64,000 bases of DNA, taken from positions 124,001-188,000 of IMG/VR virus record IMGVR_UViG_3300033146_002768; one strand, given 5' to 3'. Below are positions 10,488 through 20,104 of the stretch, in pieces (position 1 is the stretch's first letter; every line of letters starts with the position of its first letter). Made by a program: the position numbers and the translations under genes. The notes under the pieces were generated by a model, which did no database searches, was not told where the DNA came from, and was given only the letters and a program-made list of their open reading frames with translations.

Positions 10488-10831
10488 TCCTTTTCACTTT
10501 ATTGTTTTTCTTTTTGAATAACGGTCATTTGTATTTAAATTATCTGACATACCACCGATAATATTTTGATATAATAATGTTAGAATTTTCCATATGATGT
10601 TAGTTAATGCAGCGACAACGGTTAGAAATGCCATAATAATAAATATTAAAATAAGATATATTATTAAAGAATCCATTACTAACCTCCTTGATATTTAATA
10701 AAAGTTACAAAAAAATTACCAAACCAAATACCACATGCTGTTGATATACTAAGCATAAAAATAAAATATATTATACCTCTCCAGTCCATAACTATCCTTT
10801 TTTATTATGTTCTTTTTGTATATTTTATTTT

Positions 10832-11348
10832 CTAAAAGTCATCAAAGTCTTTACTTTTTCTAATAATAGAACCAGTCTTTTGTTTTTGAGGTTCTGATTT
10901 AGTAGAAGTCTTACCACCACTAGAATTTGAACTTATTTTGGTTCCGCCCATTTTAAGACACTTAACAAATTTACCATGTCTAAATGAAGCTTGTCCACCG
11001 TTACCACATTTAGCTCTTACTATATCACCTTTAGCTGACATTTCTTCTCTACGTTTTTTAGACTTAGCTTTAAATCTTTTCATCATTGGACTATCTTCTT
11101 TCTTTTGTTTAGGTGCAACTTTTTTATCTTTATTTCTTAATGCTAATCCAGCAGCAAGACCAGCCCCACCAGCTATTATTTTACCTTTATGATCCCCAAA
11201 CTTTCTTAACAGCATCCCAAGTTTTACCTTCAATGATTTCTTCTTTCTTTTTCTTTTTCTTAACTCCATGTAATCCTTCTATACCAGGAAGTCCAGCAGC
11301 AGAAGAAACCATTTCATTTATTTTATTAATTATTTGAGAACGATCCAT
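10832..11348 (-). pseudogene. frameshifted small basic protein of the INE-leader family
   Basis: RBS-preceded ORF 11348-11187 (MDRSQIINKINE...WDAVKKVWGS*) joins the downstream frame (DHKGKIIAGG...) if one base of the G4 run at 11194-11197 is removed. Confidence 0.6.
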
Positions 11349-11368
11349 AATATATCTCCTAATAAGTA

Positions 11369-11382
11369 TTTATAATATGTTC
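11369..11382 (-). promoter_or_regulatory. motif B (GAACATATTATAAA)
   Basis: exact copy; extends into TATAAATA. Confidence 0.7.
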
Positions 11383-11400
11383 CATTTATCATCAAAGGAA

Positions 11401-11435
11401 CTATATATATTACAATACATAAGAGAAAGGATTAT
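11401..11435 (+). promoter_or_regulatory. motif A (N13)
   Basis: back-to-back with motif B. Confidence 0.7.
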
Positions 11436-11647
11436 TAATTTTAATTTAATGGAGTAAACTATGGATAAGGAGATTTGTGAACAATGTAAAAAGAAGGCAG
11501 ATGATAGAGGTCTTTTTACTTATGCTTTTATAAGCGAAGATCTTATTAAACCGATTGAAACTAAAGAAGTATGTTTTGATTGTCGAAAAAATCTAACAGA
11601 GTTTGATGAAATGAAAAAACAATATCAAAACAATTAAGGAGAATAAT

Positions 11648-11998
11648 ATGAAAGAACAACCATCATCAGCCCCATTTTTCGCTACGTTAGCATTTACATT
11701 TATGGTTGGATTAATTGCTGTATCATGGACTTCAACTAAACAAATAAGTCAATTAAAATATGAATCATTAATTGATAATAAAACAATCAATTCATTAACT
11801 AACGAGACTCATGAATTGAAGTCAAGAAGTCATTATTTTGAATCTCTTTTAAAAGAATCTAAAGGATCAAATGATACAATGATTGCTGATTTGATGAATT
11901 ATAAATCTCAAATTGAAAAGATGAAAGCTGAAATTGAAGAATATGAATCTGTTCAATTACAAAGTAATGAAGTTTTAAAGAAATTAATGTTGAATTAA
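11648..11998 (+). CDS. membrane-anchored coiled-coil protein
   Basis: N-terminal TM segment then heptad-rich region. Confidence 0.6.
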   Translation: MKEQPSSAPFFATLAFTFMVGLIAVSWTSTKQISQLKYESLIDNKTINSLTNETHELKSRSHYFESLLKESKGSNDTMIADLMNYKSQIEKMKAEIEEYESVQLQSNEVLKKLMLN

Positions 11999-12028
11999 AA
12001 TCTAAATAATTCAATAATTAAAGAGCAG

Positions 12029-12472
12029 TCAGAGTGCTCTTTTTTGTATCTTTTTAATAATTTTAGTAGTAGAAATCCCTTTAACAATCGGAATTCTTAT
12101 AGTTTTATCTTCTATTTTTTTAGGAGACCAGTCTGACCCTTTAACTAAAAAATCGGGTTTTATTTTTTCTATTAATTTTTTTGGTGTTTTTTCATTAAAA
12201 ATTACAACATGATCAACATATTTTAATGATGATAAAATTTCAGCTCTATGATCTTGATTAATAATAGGTCGTTTTTGACCTTTTATTTCTTTAATAGACG
12301 AGTCTGAGTTTAATCCAACAATTAAAAAATCGCCTAATTTTGATGCTTCTCGTAAACATTTTATATGACCTACATGTAAAATATCAAAACAACCATTCGT
12401 AAAAACTACTCTTCTATGAAATTGTCGATAAACTTCCATGACATATTCTATTTCATCTTGAGTATTTATCAT
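12029..12472 (-). CDS. rfaE2: D-glycero-beta-D-manno-heptose 1-phosphate adenylyltransferase-like cytidylyltransferase
   Basis: VFTNGCFDILHVGH, LIVGLNSDSS, KGQKRPI, KPDFLVKGSDW. Confidence 0.85.
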   Translation of the reverse strand: MINTQDEIEYVMEVYRQFHRRVVFTNGCFDILHVGHIKCLREASKLGDFLIVGLNSDSSIKEIKGQKRPIINQDHRAEILSSLKYVDHVVIFNEKTPKKLIEKIKPDFLVKGSDWSPKKIEDKTIRIPIVKGISTTKIIKKIQKRAL

Positions 12473-13164
12473 TTCATTCCTTTATAATCACCTAAAATTC
12501 CATTAAAATATTTTTTAATTTTAGGAACTATTGGGTATCCGAAGTGAGCTGACCAATGTTCAATATTAATATAAATAATATATCCTGCCCACCAAACTAT
12601 ACCGATATTAAAAATTCTTTCACCTACATCAATCCAATAATTCATAAATTTCTCCTTTTATAATTTGTTCTTTATATACAAAATAGTTTCTTATAATGCC
12701 TCAACGAGCTTAAATAGCGTTTAATGAGGTTTAATAAAGTTTCGTGATAAGGAGGTTACCTTTCAATAAACATTAAAAATACAAAAAAATAATGTTATAT
12801 TTAATATCTTATATTATTTTTTTCGTTGTTTTATTAATATGTCTTGATGGTTAACTCCTTCTCTACCATTTAAAAAAACCTTCTTAACTGATCTTGTTAT
12901 TACATTTCCTTCATTACGAATTTGTTGAACGATTATTAGATTGTCTTCTTCCGCTAATGAAATTATTCTTGCTAATTTTTCAGCGGATTGATTTTTTACA
13001 GTAAGTGTTTTAATTTTTCCATCAATAGTACTAGTATCAATAACATGAATATAAATCATATTAGCTCCTTTTCAATTCAGCAAAAATAATCATATAACAC
13101 AACACAATTGTTAAATAATATATATAGTTTTTTAATCTAAAATGGATAGAATTTTTTGGTCTAA

Positions 13165-13178
13165 TTTATAATATGTTC
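13165..13178 (-). promoter_or_regulatory. motif B
   Basis: exact copy. Confidence 0.65.
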
Positions 13179-13200
13179 GGATACATTATGGTTTAAATTA

Positions 13201-13234
13201 CTATATATATTATTGTGTAATAGTAAAGGATTAT
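13201..13234 (+). promoter_or_regulatory. motif A (N12)
   Basis: followed by GGAGG RBS and ATG. Confidence 0.75.
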
Positions 13235-13452
13235 CACTTTAATTTAATGGAGGTTATTATGGAAGATATGATAGTGAAGTTTATTCAAGATTATCAAATG
13301 TTGATAGTTGGTGTAATTGCCATTGTGGCTGTAGGATTAGGATTCTATCTTTATAAAAAATCTGGCTTGTATAGCAGAAAAGTCCCCCAAGACTTATATA
13401 AAGATATTAGGTAATCTAAATGTTTTTTATAATTTAAAAAAGGAGAATAGTT

Positions 13453-14316
13453 ATGATAGATACAAGTCAAATGAGACTTGACCCTACAGATCCTGATTCT
13501 TATAGAGCTTTATATGCAGCAGTAGATAAGAATTTTGCTGAGGCAATAACAACCGTTAATGAAACTGCTATAGAACATTATAACAGATTTGTTAAGTTCG
13601 AACAATCAGATGATGTAAAGCTTCATATTATTCATCCTCGACATGTTGATGATAGTCAACCAAAATTTAAAAAACGGAAAAATGTTTTTTATCAAGGAAA
13701 GTTGATTATTGCTCTTGCTGTAGATGATCATATGTTAGAAGAAATGGAACGACAAAACAATGAACCTTTAGAAGAATGGTTGGAAGTTATCAGAATGGTT
13801 ATTGAGGATAATATGTCATTTATTAAAAGAAAACGAGTTGCTGAATCTGATAAAGAACATCGGGTCAGAGTTAAACGGTTTCTAGGGCTTGAGTATGAAG
13901 TTATGGAAATGATTAATAATAAATCTCGACAAAATGCCCTTGATGAAGGAATTGAATATTATAATTCAGAAGCTTCTAAGGAAGCTGCTAAGGAAGGTGT
14001 AAGACAACATTTCAAAATAGAGGAAGAAAATAAAGAAAAAGCTTCCATACAATTAGATGTGGATAAACAAACTTATTCATATTTTATATGGGGAATAATA
14101 AGTGTTGTTGGTTTCTCATGTCTTATTTTGAATAGTTTAGGGTGGTTTCCCGTTTTTATACCATTGACGATATTTTCAACTTGTGTTATTCTTTGTTCAA
14201 TTATTGCTTTTTCAAAATCAGAAAAATCACATTTTGAGAAAATAAATAATAACAAAGCATATGAAGTTGGATTTAAAAATACCACAATGAAAATTGTTAA
14301 AGGAATTTTTAATTAA
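13453..14316 (+). CDS. hypothetical protein with two C-terminal TM helices
   Basis: hydrophobic hairpin near the C-terminus. Confidence 0.65.
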   Translation: MIDTSQMRLDPTDPDSYRALYAAVDKNFAEAITTVNETAIEHYNRFVKFEQSDDVKLHIIHPRHVDDSQPKFKKRKNVFYQGKLIIALAVDDHMLEEMERQNNEPLEEWLEVIRMVIEDNMSFIKRKRVAESDKEHRVRVKRFLGLEYEVMEMINNKSRQNALDEGIEYYNSEASKEAAKEGVRQHFKIEEENKEKASIQLDVDKQTYSYFIWGIISVVGFSCLILNSLGWFPVFIPLTIFSTCVILCSIIAFSKSEKSHFEKINNNKAYEVGFKNTTMKIVKGIFN

Positions 14317-14487
14317 GGAGATTGATATGAAACATGTTATAGTATTGGGTATGATTGGGATGTCTGCATTCTTTTTCTTTGGTGATGCTGAAGCGATAAC
14401 AAGTATGATGGCAACAGCATGTTGGACTGGGGGTTTAGCTGTAATGGTTATTGGATTGTTTAAAGCAATTCTTAACTAACAAGAATT

Positions 14488-14528
14488 AAAAAGGGGGTTG
14501 CAATATTATTATGCAACCCCTTTTTTTT
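14488..14528. terminator. bidirectional terminator ending the long minus-strand block
   Basis: AAAAAGGGGGTTGCA / TGCAACCCC + T-run at a convergent junction. Confidence 0.85.
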
Positions 14529-14535
14529 GTATAAA

Positions 14536-14778
14536 TTATCTTCTAGATGCTGTTCTGGTTCTTCCAGCATATTTTTTATGTACTTTTTTTCTATAATCTT
14601 TACATCTATCACAATATTTTTTCATCATTTTATATAATGGATCTCCACGCTTTCTAGCCATAGAAGTAGATAGTTGACCTTGAGCTCTTTTAATTTTTGT
14701 CTTTCGACTAATAGTAGCACGGGATCTTTGTTTTCGAGCTTCTTGTAACATATTTAAGTAATCATTTATATAACTCAT
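14536..14778 (-). CDS. highly basic small protein with YLxxLQE leader
   Basis: MSYINDYLNMLQE, R/K-rich. Confidence 0.65.
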   Translation of the reverse strand: MSYINDYLNMLQEARKQRSRATISRKTKIKRAQGQLSTSMARKRGDPLYKMMKKYCDRCKDYRKKVHKKYAGRTRTASRR

Positions 14779-15185
14779 TTTTATATTCCTTATACGTATT
14801 TATACATATTACAATTTAATGTTTTGTTTTGAAATTTTGCTGATCTATAACATAACGGAGTAAATTTAGTTAACCCAATAACTCCGCTGAATTTACAATT
14901 ATCGCAACTTATTTTAACTGATAACTCTCCATCTATATGAGATATTATTTGTATGTTATCAGATATAAATTCATCATCACCAAATATTAAAAGAGATGCA
15001 GATGAAGTAGATATAATAATATTAGCCTCTAAATGTTCAACATAACCATATTCAATAGTACCAAAAGATTCTGAGTTAATATAAACATTTGCTGTCAAAC
15101 TGGTTATTTCATGTATTTTTTCTAATGTAGAATTTATAGAAATAGTTGCATGATTATAACTAGTTAAACTTATATCAGCCATTTA

Positions 15186-15872
15186 TTAAACCTCTTTAAT
15201 TTTAAAGTCTTTTAGTTTATCATCATATTCTACATATGTATAATTATGAATCATGTCGCCACAATTTATATATGTACAATTGTCATGAGATGATATCTTA
15301 GGAAAATGAGTATGTCCCATTACAAGATAATTACATTTATGATTGTATGCATCAATAGCTTCTATTTCAACATCTTTAAGTAATTGAGCATAATAATCTT
15401 TATTTCTTTTACTAGATAAAGATTTACCAAATAACTTTCTAAAGAATGCTTTTAAATTAATACCAAAAATTCTTTCAGTAATCCAGTGAGGTACAAATAA
15501 TATTTTACCTAACCAAGAATATTTATTTACTAAATTATCAAATTGACACCCATGTATAATAAACACATCATCTAATAATAACTCACTGACAACTTTTGAA
15601 TATAAGAATGTTAATCTTAAATCTACGGCATCAGGATCATGATTACCTTCTATATAATAAACATCTTTTTGAGTAGATACATCATTTATAACATTTACTA
15701 TATCAGTATTTTTTCTAATTATATCATAAAAACAATCTTCCCAAATATCAAAAATATCACCATTCAAAACAATTCTATCATATTCTGAGCATTTAAGTAA
15801 TTTAATAACTTCATCTTTTTTATTAAATAAAGGACTACCTAAATGCAAATCTGAAAGAATTAATGTTTTCAT
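15186..15872 (-). CDS. calcineurin-like metallophosphoesterase (LpxH-like)
   Basis: SDLHLG, NGDIFD, GNHD, IIHG, MGHTH, YINCGD. Confidence 0.8.
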   Translation of the reverse strand: MKTLILSDLHLGSPLFNKKDEVIKLLKCSEYDRIVLNGDIFDIWEDCFYDIIRKNTDIVNVINDVSTQKDVYYIEGNHDPDAVDLRLTFLYSKVVSELLLDDVFIIHGCQFDNLVNKYSWLGKILFVPHWITERIFGINLKAFFRKLFGKSLSSKRNKDYYAQLLKDVEIEAIDAYNHKCNYLVMGHTHFPKISSHDNCTYINCGDMIHNYTYVEYDDKLKDFKIKEV

Positions 15873-16146
15873 TAGAACTCCTTAAATGGTTTATTTTTTT
15901 TACTTAAATGAATATGCCAATGAGTATCTGAATCGGAAATTGTATCGTCGATAAAAAGTCCTTTATGCTTTTCTTTAATAATTCTTAAAACTTCTTTTTT
16001 TTCATCAGTTGATATTTTATTTCTATGTTCTTTTAAAATAATCATTGGGACAAAATGTTTATTACATTTAACTCCAAAAAATCTTTCTGTTTCCCATAGT
16101 TTCCTTTTGACTTTACACATCTTACATTTTATTCGTGCCATTTCAC

Positions 16147-16491
16147 CTATAACCTTGATAGTTTAGTTTTCAGTTTATTGATCTCTTTAGTTAATTTAAC
16201 AACTTCTTTATTAATCTTACTTATACATTTTGGTATATTTGTTGACCATTTTTGACAAGTAGTTTTGAATTTTTTAACTTCGATTATTGTTTTTCGTAAT
16301 GCATTAATCTTATATTTTATGAAACATTTTTTTCTATCAACACCTAATTTTCCTAAACAGTGTTTAGCAATTTTTTTATGTTCCATATATTTTTTATAAA
16401 TTTTACTTGCTAAAATAATAACAGGAAGAACGACAAATTCATTTAACTCCTCAGTATTTTCTTGTAAGTAATCTAAATATCTATTTATCAT
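16147..16491 (-). CDS. basic protein with YLxxLQE leader
   Basis: MINRYLDYLQE. Confidence 0.6.
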   Translation of the reverse strand: MINRYLDYLQENTEELNEFVVLPVIILASKIYKKYMEHKKIAKHCLGKLGVDRKKCFIKYKINALRKTIIEVKKFKTTCQKWSTNIPKCISKINKEVVKLTKEINKLKTKLSRL

Positions 16492-16493
16492 AA

Positions 16494-17480
16494 TTAACTC
16501 TTATTATAATGTTCGTAAGGGTTTGGTTGATCTATTCCTAATAGTTTTCTTAAAGTTAATGAAATACCTTTATCTCCATCACCACCTAATTCAATAGCTT
16601 TGTCCATCATAATTTTTTGCATCTTAGGATTTTTCATTCCTACAGATTCCATTAACATGATAGGGTCATCTGGATTAGTATGTATAACTTCTTCAACCTT
16701 TCCTGTAGTTCTAGGTATTGAAGTTCTAGGTTTAGTTCCATTTTTTAATTGATTTACTTTATCCATTATATCAGCCATACCTGTACCAAATCTTCTTTCT
16801 GTAACAGGTTTAATTACTGGAGCAGCTTTAGGTTTAGATATAACCTTTTTTCCTTCTGTTAGACTTTTAACTCTTTTAACTAAAGAATTAACTTGTTTGA
16901 ATTTATTTTTTATTTTTTGCTCAACTAATTGTTGTCTTGTTAATGGAGATTGTTTAATATTTTTAGGTTTTAATTTAACCTCTTTAGATTCTGAAAGTGG
17001 TTCGGGATTTATAATTTCTTTTGGTTTTTGAGTTGTTACATATCCTCTTTCTTCAAGTTTTTCAAACAACATTTCTAATATTGCTTCTTTGTCTAAATTA
17101 TTAGACACTGGTTTGGAAGGTTTTAATTCAGCAACAATATCTTTTTTTCTATGTTTAGCTTCAACTCGTAAATTTTTAGCTTCAATTTTAACAGGGGTTG
17201 CTAATTCAAACTGTCCTCCCCACGGATTAATATAAAAACCATTTCCAAAAATATCTAGTTTACACTCTACTATATCACCATCTTTCATACCTCTTGCAAC
17301 TATTTCTTCTAAAGGAGGAACTTCTACAGATACTAAATCTTTTTGAATTTTAACAGGGATACCATACTCAACATCTTCGATTATAAATTTTAATGAACCC
17401 TCTAGTTCATCATAATTTACACCTTCGATAGAAACCTCAAATTGTAAGTTTCTAATCTCATCTGTATTTAGTTTTAACAT
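16494..17480 (-). CDS. hypothetical protein, possibly virion/head associated
   Basis: long ORF in the structural block; several L/V-x-E sites. Confidence 0.55.
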   Translation of the reverse strand: MLKLNTDEIRNLQFEVSIEGVNYDELEGSLKFIIEDVEYGIPVKIQKDLVSVEVPPLEEIVARGMKDGDIVECKLDIFGNGFYINPWGGQFELATPVKIEAKNLRVEAKHRKKDIVAELKPSKPVSNNLDKEAILEMLFEKLEERGYVTTQKPKEIINPEPLSESKEVKLKPKNIKQSPLTRQQLVEQKIKNKFKQVNSLVKRVKSLTEGKKVISKPKAAPVIKPVTERRFGTGMADIMDKVNQLKNGTKPRTSIPRTTGKVEEVIHTNPDDPIMLMESVGMKNPKMQKIMMDKAIELGGDGDKGISLTLRKLLGIDQPNPYEHYNKS

Positions 17481-17704
17481 AGTTTAATCCTTTTGGTCGA
17501 CAATTATTTTTACTGTCTTTACTTTAATATTATGTTCCGTTAATGGCTCTTTGCTAATTCCTTCTATATTTACATCAAGAACTCTTATTAATGGTTTTGG
17601 AACTTCATCTTCTCTTCTTGCCCATCCCGCTCCGCCACTTCCGTTCCCACCACCAACTTGAGTTGGATGAATAAAACCTTTAGTTACTAATGAAATTCCA
17701 GACA

Positions 17705-18220
17705 TTATAGTTTCTCCATTTTATAATCAATCATTTCAATATCGTTATAATTTGCAGTCATTACGTATGTTTCAATTATATTATTATCTGTCCCAACTGA
17801 AGTATTATCAGAGTATATTCTAACTCTTGATGATGTTAAATTATGATTAGAATCATATATAGTTTGGTCAACAGAAAAGTTCTCTTGAACTAAACCAAGA
17901 ACTTTTTGGAGCATTAATGCAATACTATCAAAATCATTTGAGAAAACCTGAATTGTATTAGATTTGCCCCAAGGAAAGTATACTGGATGATAAACTACAA
18001 GCATCCAAGTACCTACCTGATTCGGAGTAAATGAAATTCTATAATGTCCATAACCAAGTTCTATAAAGGTAGAAGATGTTGAATCAAAAACTTCACTGTC
18101 GGAAGGGTTAAATAAATGAGCACTAAACTCATCTAATGGAATATTATCTACTAGATTATTTGAAATATCTAATACTGAAAATTCCTCTTTAACAACTTCT
18201 GCTAGTTTGCCAAGAATCAT
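17705..18220 (-). CDS. putative virion structural protein
   Basis: ELGYGHYRISFTP..GTW beta-rich motif; tail-gene context. Confidence 0.45.
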   Translation of the reverse strand: MILGKLAEVVKEEFSVLDISNNLVDNIPLDEFSAHLFNPSDSEVFDSTSSTFIELGYGHYRISFTPNQVGTWMLVVYHPVYFPWGKSNTIQVFSNDFDSIALMLQKVLGLVQENFSVDQTIYDSNHNLTSSRVRIYSDNTSVGTDNNIIETYVMTANYNDIEMIDYKMEKL

Positions 18221-18222
18221 TA

Positions 18223-18792
18223 TTATTTTCCTTTTTGATAATTAATTGTAAACAAAGATTTATCTAAAGTTAAATAATCATCAGGCATTATATAGTTTTC
18301 TTTTTTTCTATTCATTTTAGGTTTATCAAAAAAGTAATCAATCACCTCTGTGCATGAAAATCTAGTTGAGTCACTAAAATCAAAACTAAAATCATATTCA
18401 ACGCCTTTAACATATAAATCTCTAGCCTTCTTTATTGCAGCCTTTGATATTTGTTCTTCATTACAATGGATGATTGCCACGTCATCACAGCGACAAAAGG
18501 TTAAGATATCTTGTTTATCTATTCCATCTCCTAACATATGAATAACTTTATTATTTCCCATATAGATTGCGGCATGCGTATAGTAACCAGGAATCATTAG
18601 ACCACTTAGATAATGATTATATCGTCTTAATAAAATATCTCCGGGTTGAATAATATTTATTATATCTCTTACATCTTCGCCTTTCATTTCATAAGCAGTA
18701 TGCCCAAACATAATAAATGAAGGGTATTTAAATACTTGAATATTTCCGAACCATTTAATAGCTGCTTTTTTAATTTTATAAAATACACTCAT
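18223..18792 (-). CDS. permuted papain-like amidase (YiiX/YebB-like NlpC/P60)
   Basis: QPGDILL, YTHAAIY, YDFSF, FSCTEVI (His before Cys). Confidence 0.8.
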   Translation of the reverse strand: MSVFYKIKKAAIKWFGNIQVFKYPSFIMFGHTAYEMKGEDVRDIINIIQPGDILLRRYNHYLSGLMIPGYYTHAAIYMGNNKVIHMLGDGIDKQDILTFCRCDDVAIIHCNEEQISKAAIKKARDLYVKGVEYDFSFDFSDSTRFSCTEVIDYFFDKPKMNRKKENYIMPDDYLTLDKSLFTINYQKGK

Positions 18793-18802
18793 ATTAAACT
18801 CC

Positions 18803-19768
18803 TTATACTGATTTTTCTCTATGTAAACACATTAAACAAGCAACTGCCCATTTATGGTCATCAACATTACTATTTGTATCAGCTATCATTTTCAATCTCA
18901 TACCATGACCTAATCTATCAGTATCAGATGAGTTTAAACAAATAAACCCACTTCCCAATAATGGCATATGATTTAAAAATCTTGAAAAAACAATTTCAAC
19001 TGAAAACATATTATAGTTTCCATTAGCGTATGGTGCTGGAGTTATATTTTCATATAACTTAGTTGTTGAATTATAATCAGCATTCCAAAATGCTGTAGGT
19101 GCTTCATTTAAATCATTATTAGGCATAAATATTAAACCATTATTTGGTTCAGTTATATCATCTACTAAATCAATTATGCCATCACCAGCTGCTGGTATAA
19201 CCATGTATCCACCATACAAATTATAATTAGTATTAGTACCAGAAACTATATTAGTAACTCTTGGTACAATTTCAACAGTTAATGAATCCATCTCACAATC
19301 TTTCCATGTCAAATAACCTTCATGTAACCAAGTTTCATTATTAACTATATTAAAATCAATATATTGTGATTCAGGATCACCTTCATTTAAATCATGTTGA
19401 ATATCAAATGGGATGCCGCCACCTACTGTATGAACATTTGAGGTATCATCACCTACTCCAGTCCACATTATTCTTAAACCTAATTTTCTAGATGTTTGAT
19501 GTACTCTTTGTTTTCCTGATATATCAGTAATAGCAGAAATAGTATGTTCTGTTATATGTCTAATACCATTTGATTTAGTTAAATCTTTATCACCATCATT
19601 AACAGTTAAGATATCTAAAGCAATTTTATTTACAACATTATCTGATTTTGCTAATTCTATATTATTACAAAAATCAATAGTATTAATAGATTCATCTGGA
19701 GGAATTGTTATTCCTAAATCATCAATAGTTACAATTGTGTTAGTATTATTTTTAAGATATATAGTCAT
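18803..19768 (-). CDS. putative tail/fibre protein with shared N-terminal module
   Basis: N-terminus paralogous to the 20105 and 22265 proteins. Confidence 0.55.
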   Translation of the reverse strand: MTIYLKNNTNTIVTIDDLGITIPPDESINTIDFCNNIELAKSDNVVNKIALDILTVNDGDKDLTKSNGIRHITEHTISAITDISGKQRVHQTSRKLGLRIMWTGVGDDTSNVHTVGGGIPFDIQHDLNEGDPESQYIDFNIVNNETWLHEGYLTWKDCEMDSLTVEIVPRVTNIVSGTNTNYNLYGGYMVIPAAGDGIIDLVDDITEPNNGLIFMPNNDLNEAPTAFWNADYNSTTKLYENITPAPYANGNYNMFSVEIVFSRFLNHMPLLGSGFICLNSSDTDRLGHGMRLKMIADTNSNVDDHKWAVACLMCLHREKSV

Positions 19769-19770
19769 TA

Positions 19771-20103
19771 TTACTCCTTACTATCATCAGTATCAATAGA
19801 ACCAGAATATGTATTCATAGTTTTTAACCATTCGTAGCTTTGAGAAATCATATTATTATCAACATTATTTAATATAGAAAGAGAAAAAAATAATGAGAAA
19901 TTAGGGTCAGTACATTTATAAATAAATTTAGCTACTTCAGGTTTTCCATCTAATCTTGCCTGTTGATCTTTAAATATATTTACTTCAATTTTTGCATAAC
20001 TATTATCACCAGCTTTATTATAAAATTTAAATGTTTCTATTTTAATATAAGCCTCAGATAAAATTATACCATTTTCCAATTCTATTTGTTTTATTAAAGC
20101 CAT
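19771..20103 (-). CDS. putative tail fibre assembly/accessory protein
   Basis: small ORF directly after a fibre gene. Confidence 0.4.
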   Translation of the reverse strand: MALIKQIELENGIILSEAYIKIETFKFYNKAGDNSYAKIEVNIFKDQQARLDGKPEVAKFIYKCTDPNFSLFFSLSILNNVDNNMISQSYEWLKTMNTYSGSIDTDDSKE

Positions 20104-20104
20104 T

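Noticed and set aside
10832-11269. 145-aa ORF starting MELRKRKRKK as annotated
   Set aside because: Its first ~25 codons are probably out of frame; the RBS, motif B and paralog similarity point to a start at 11348.
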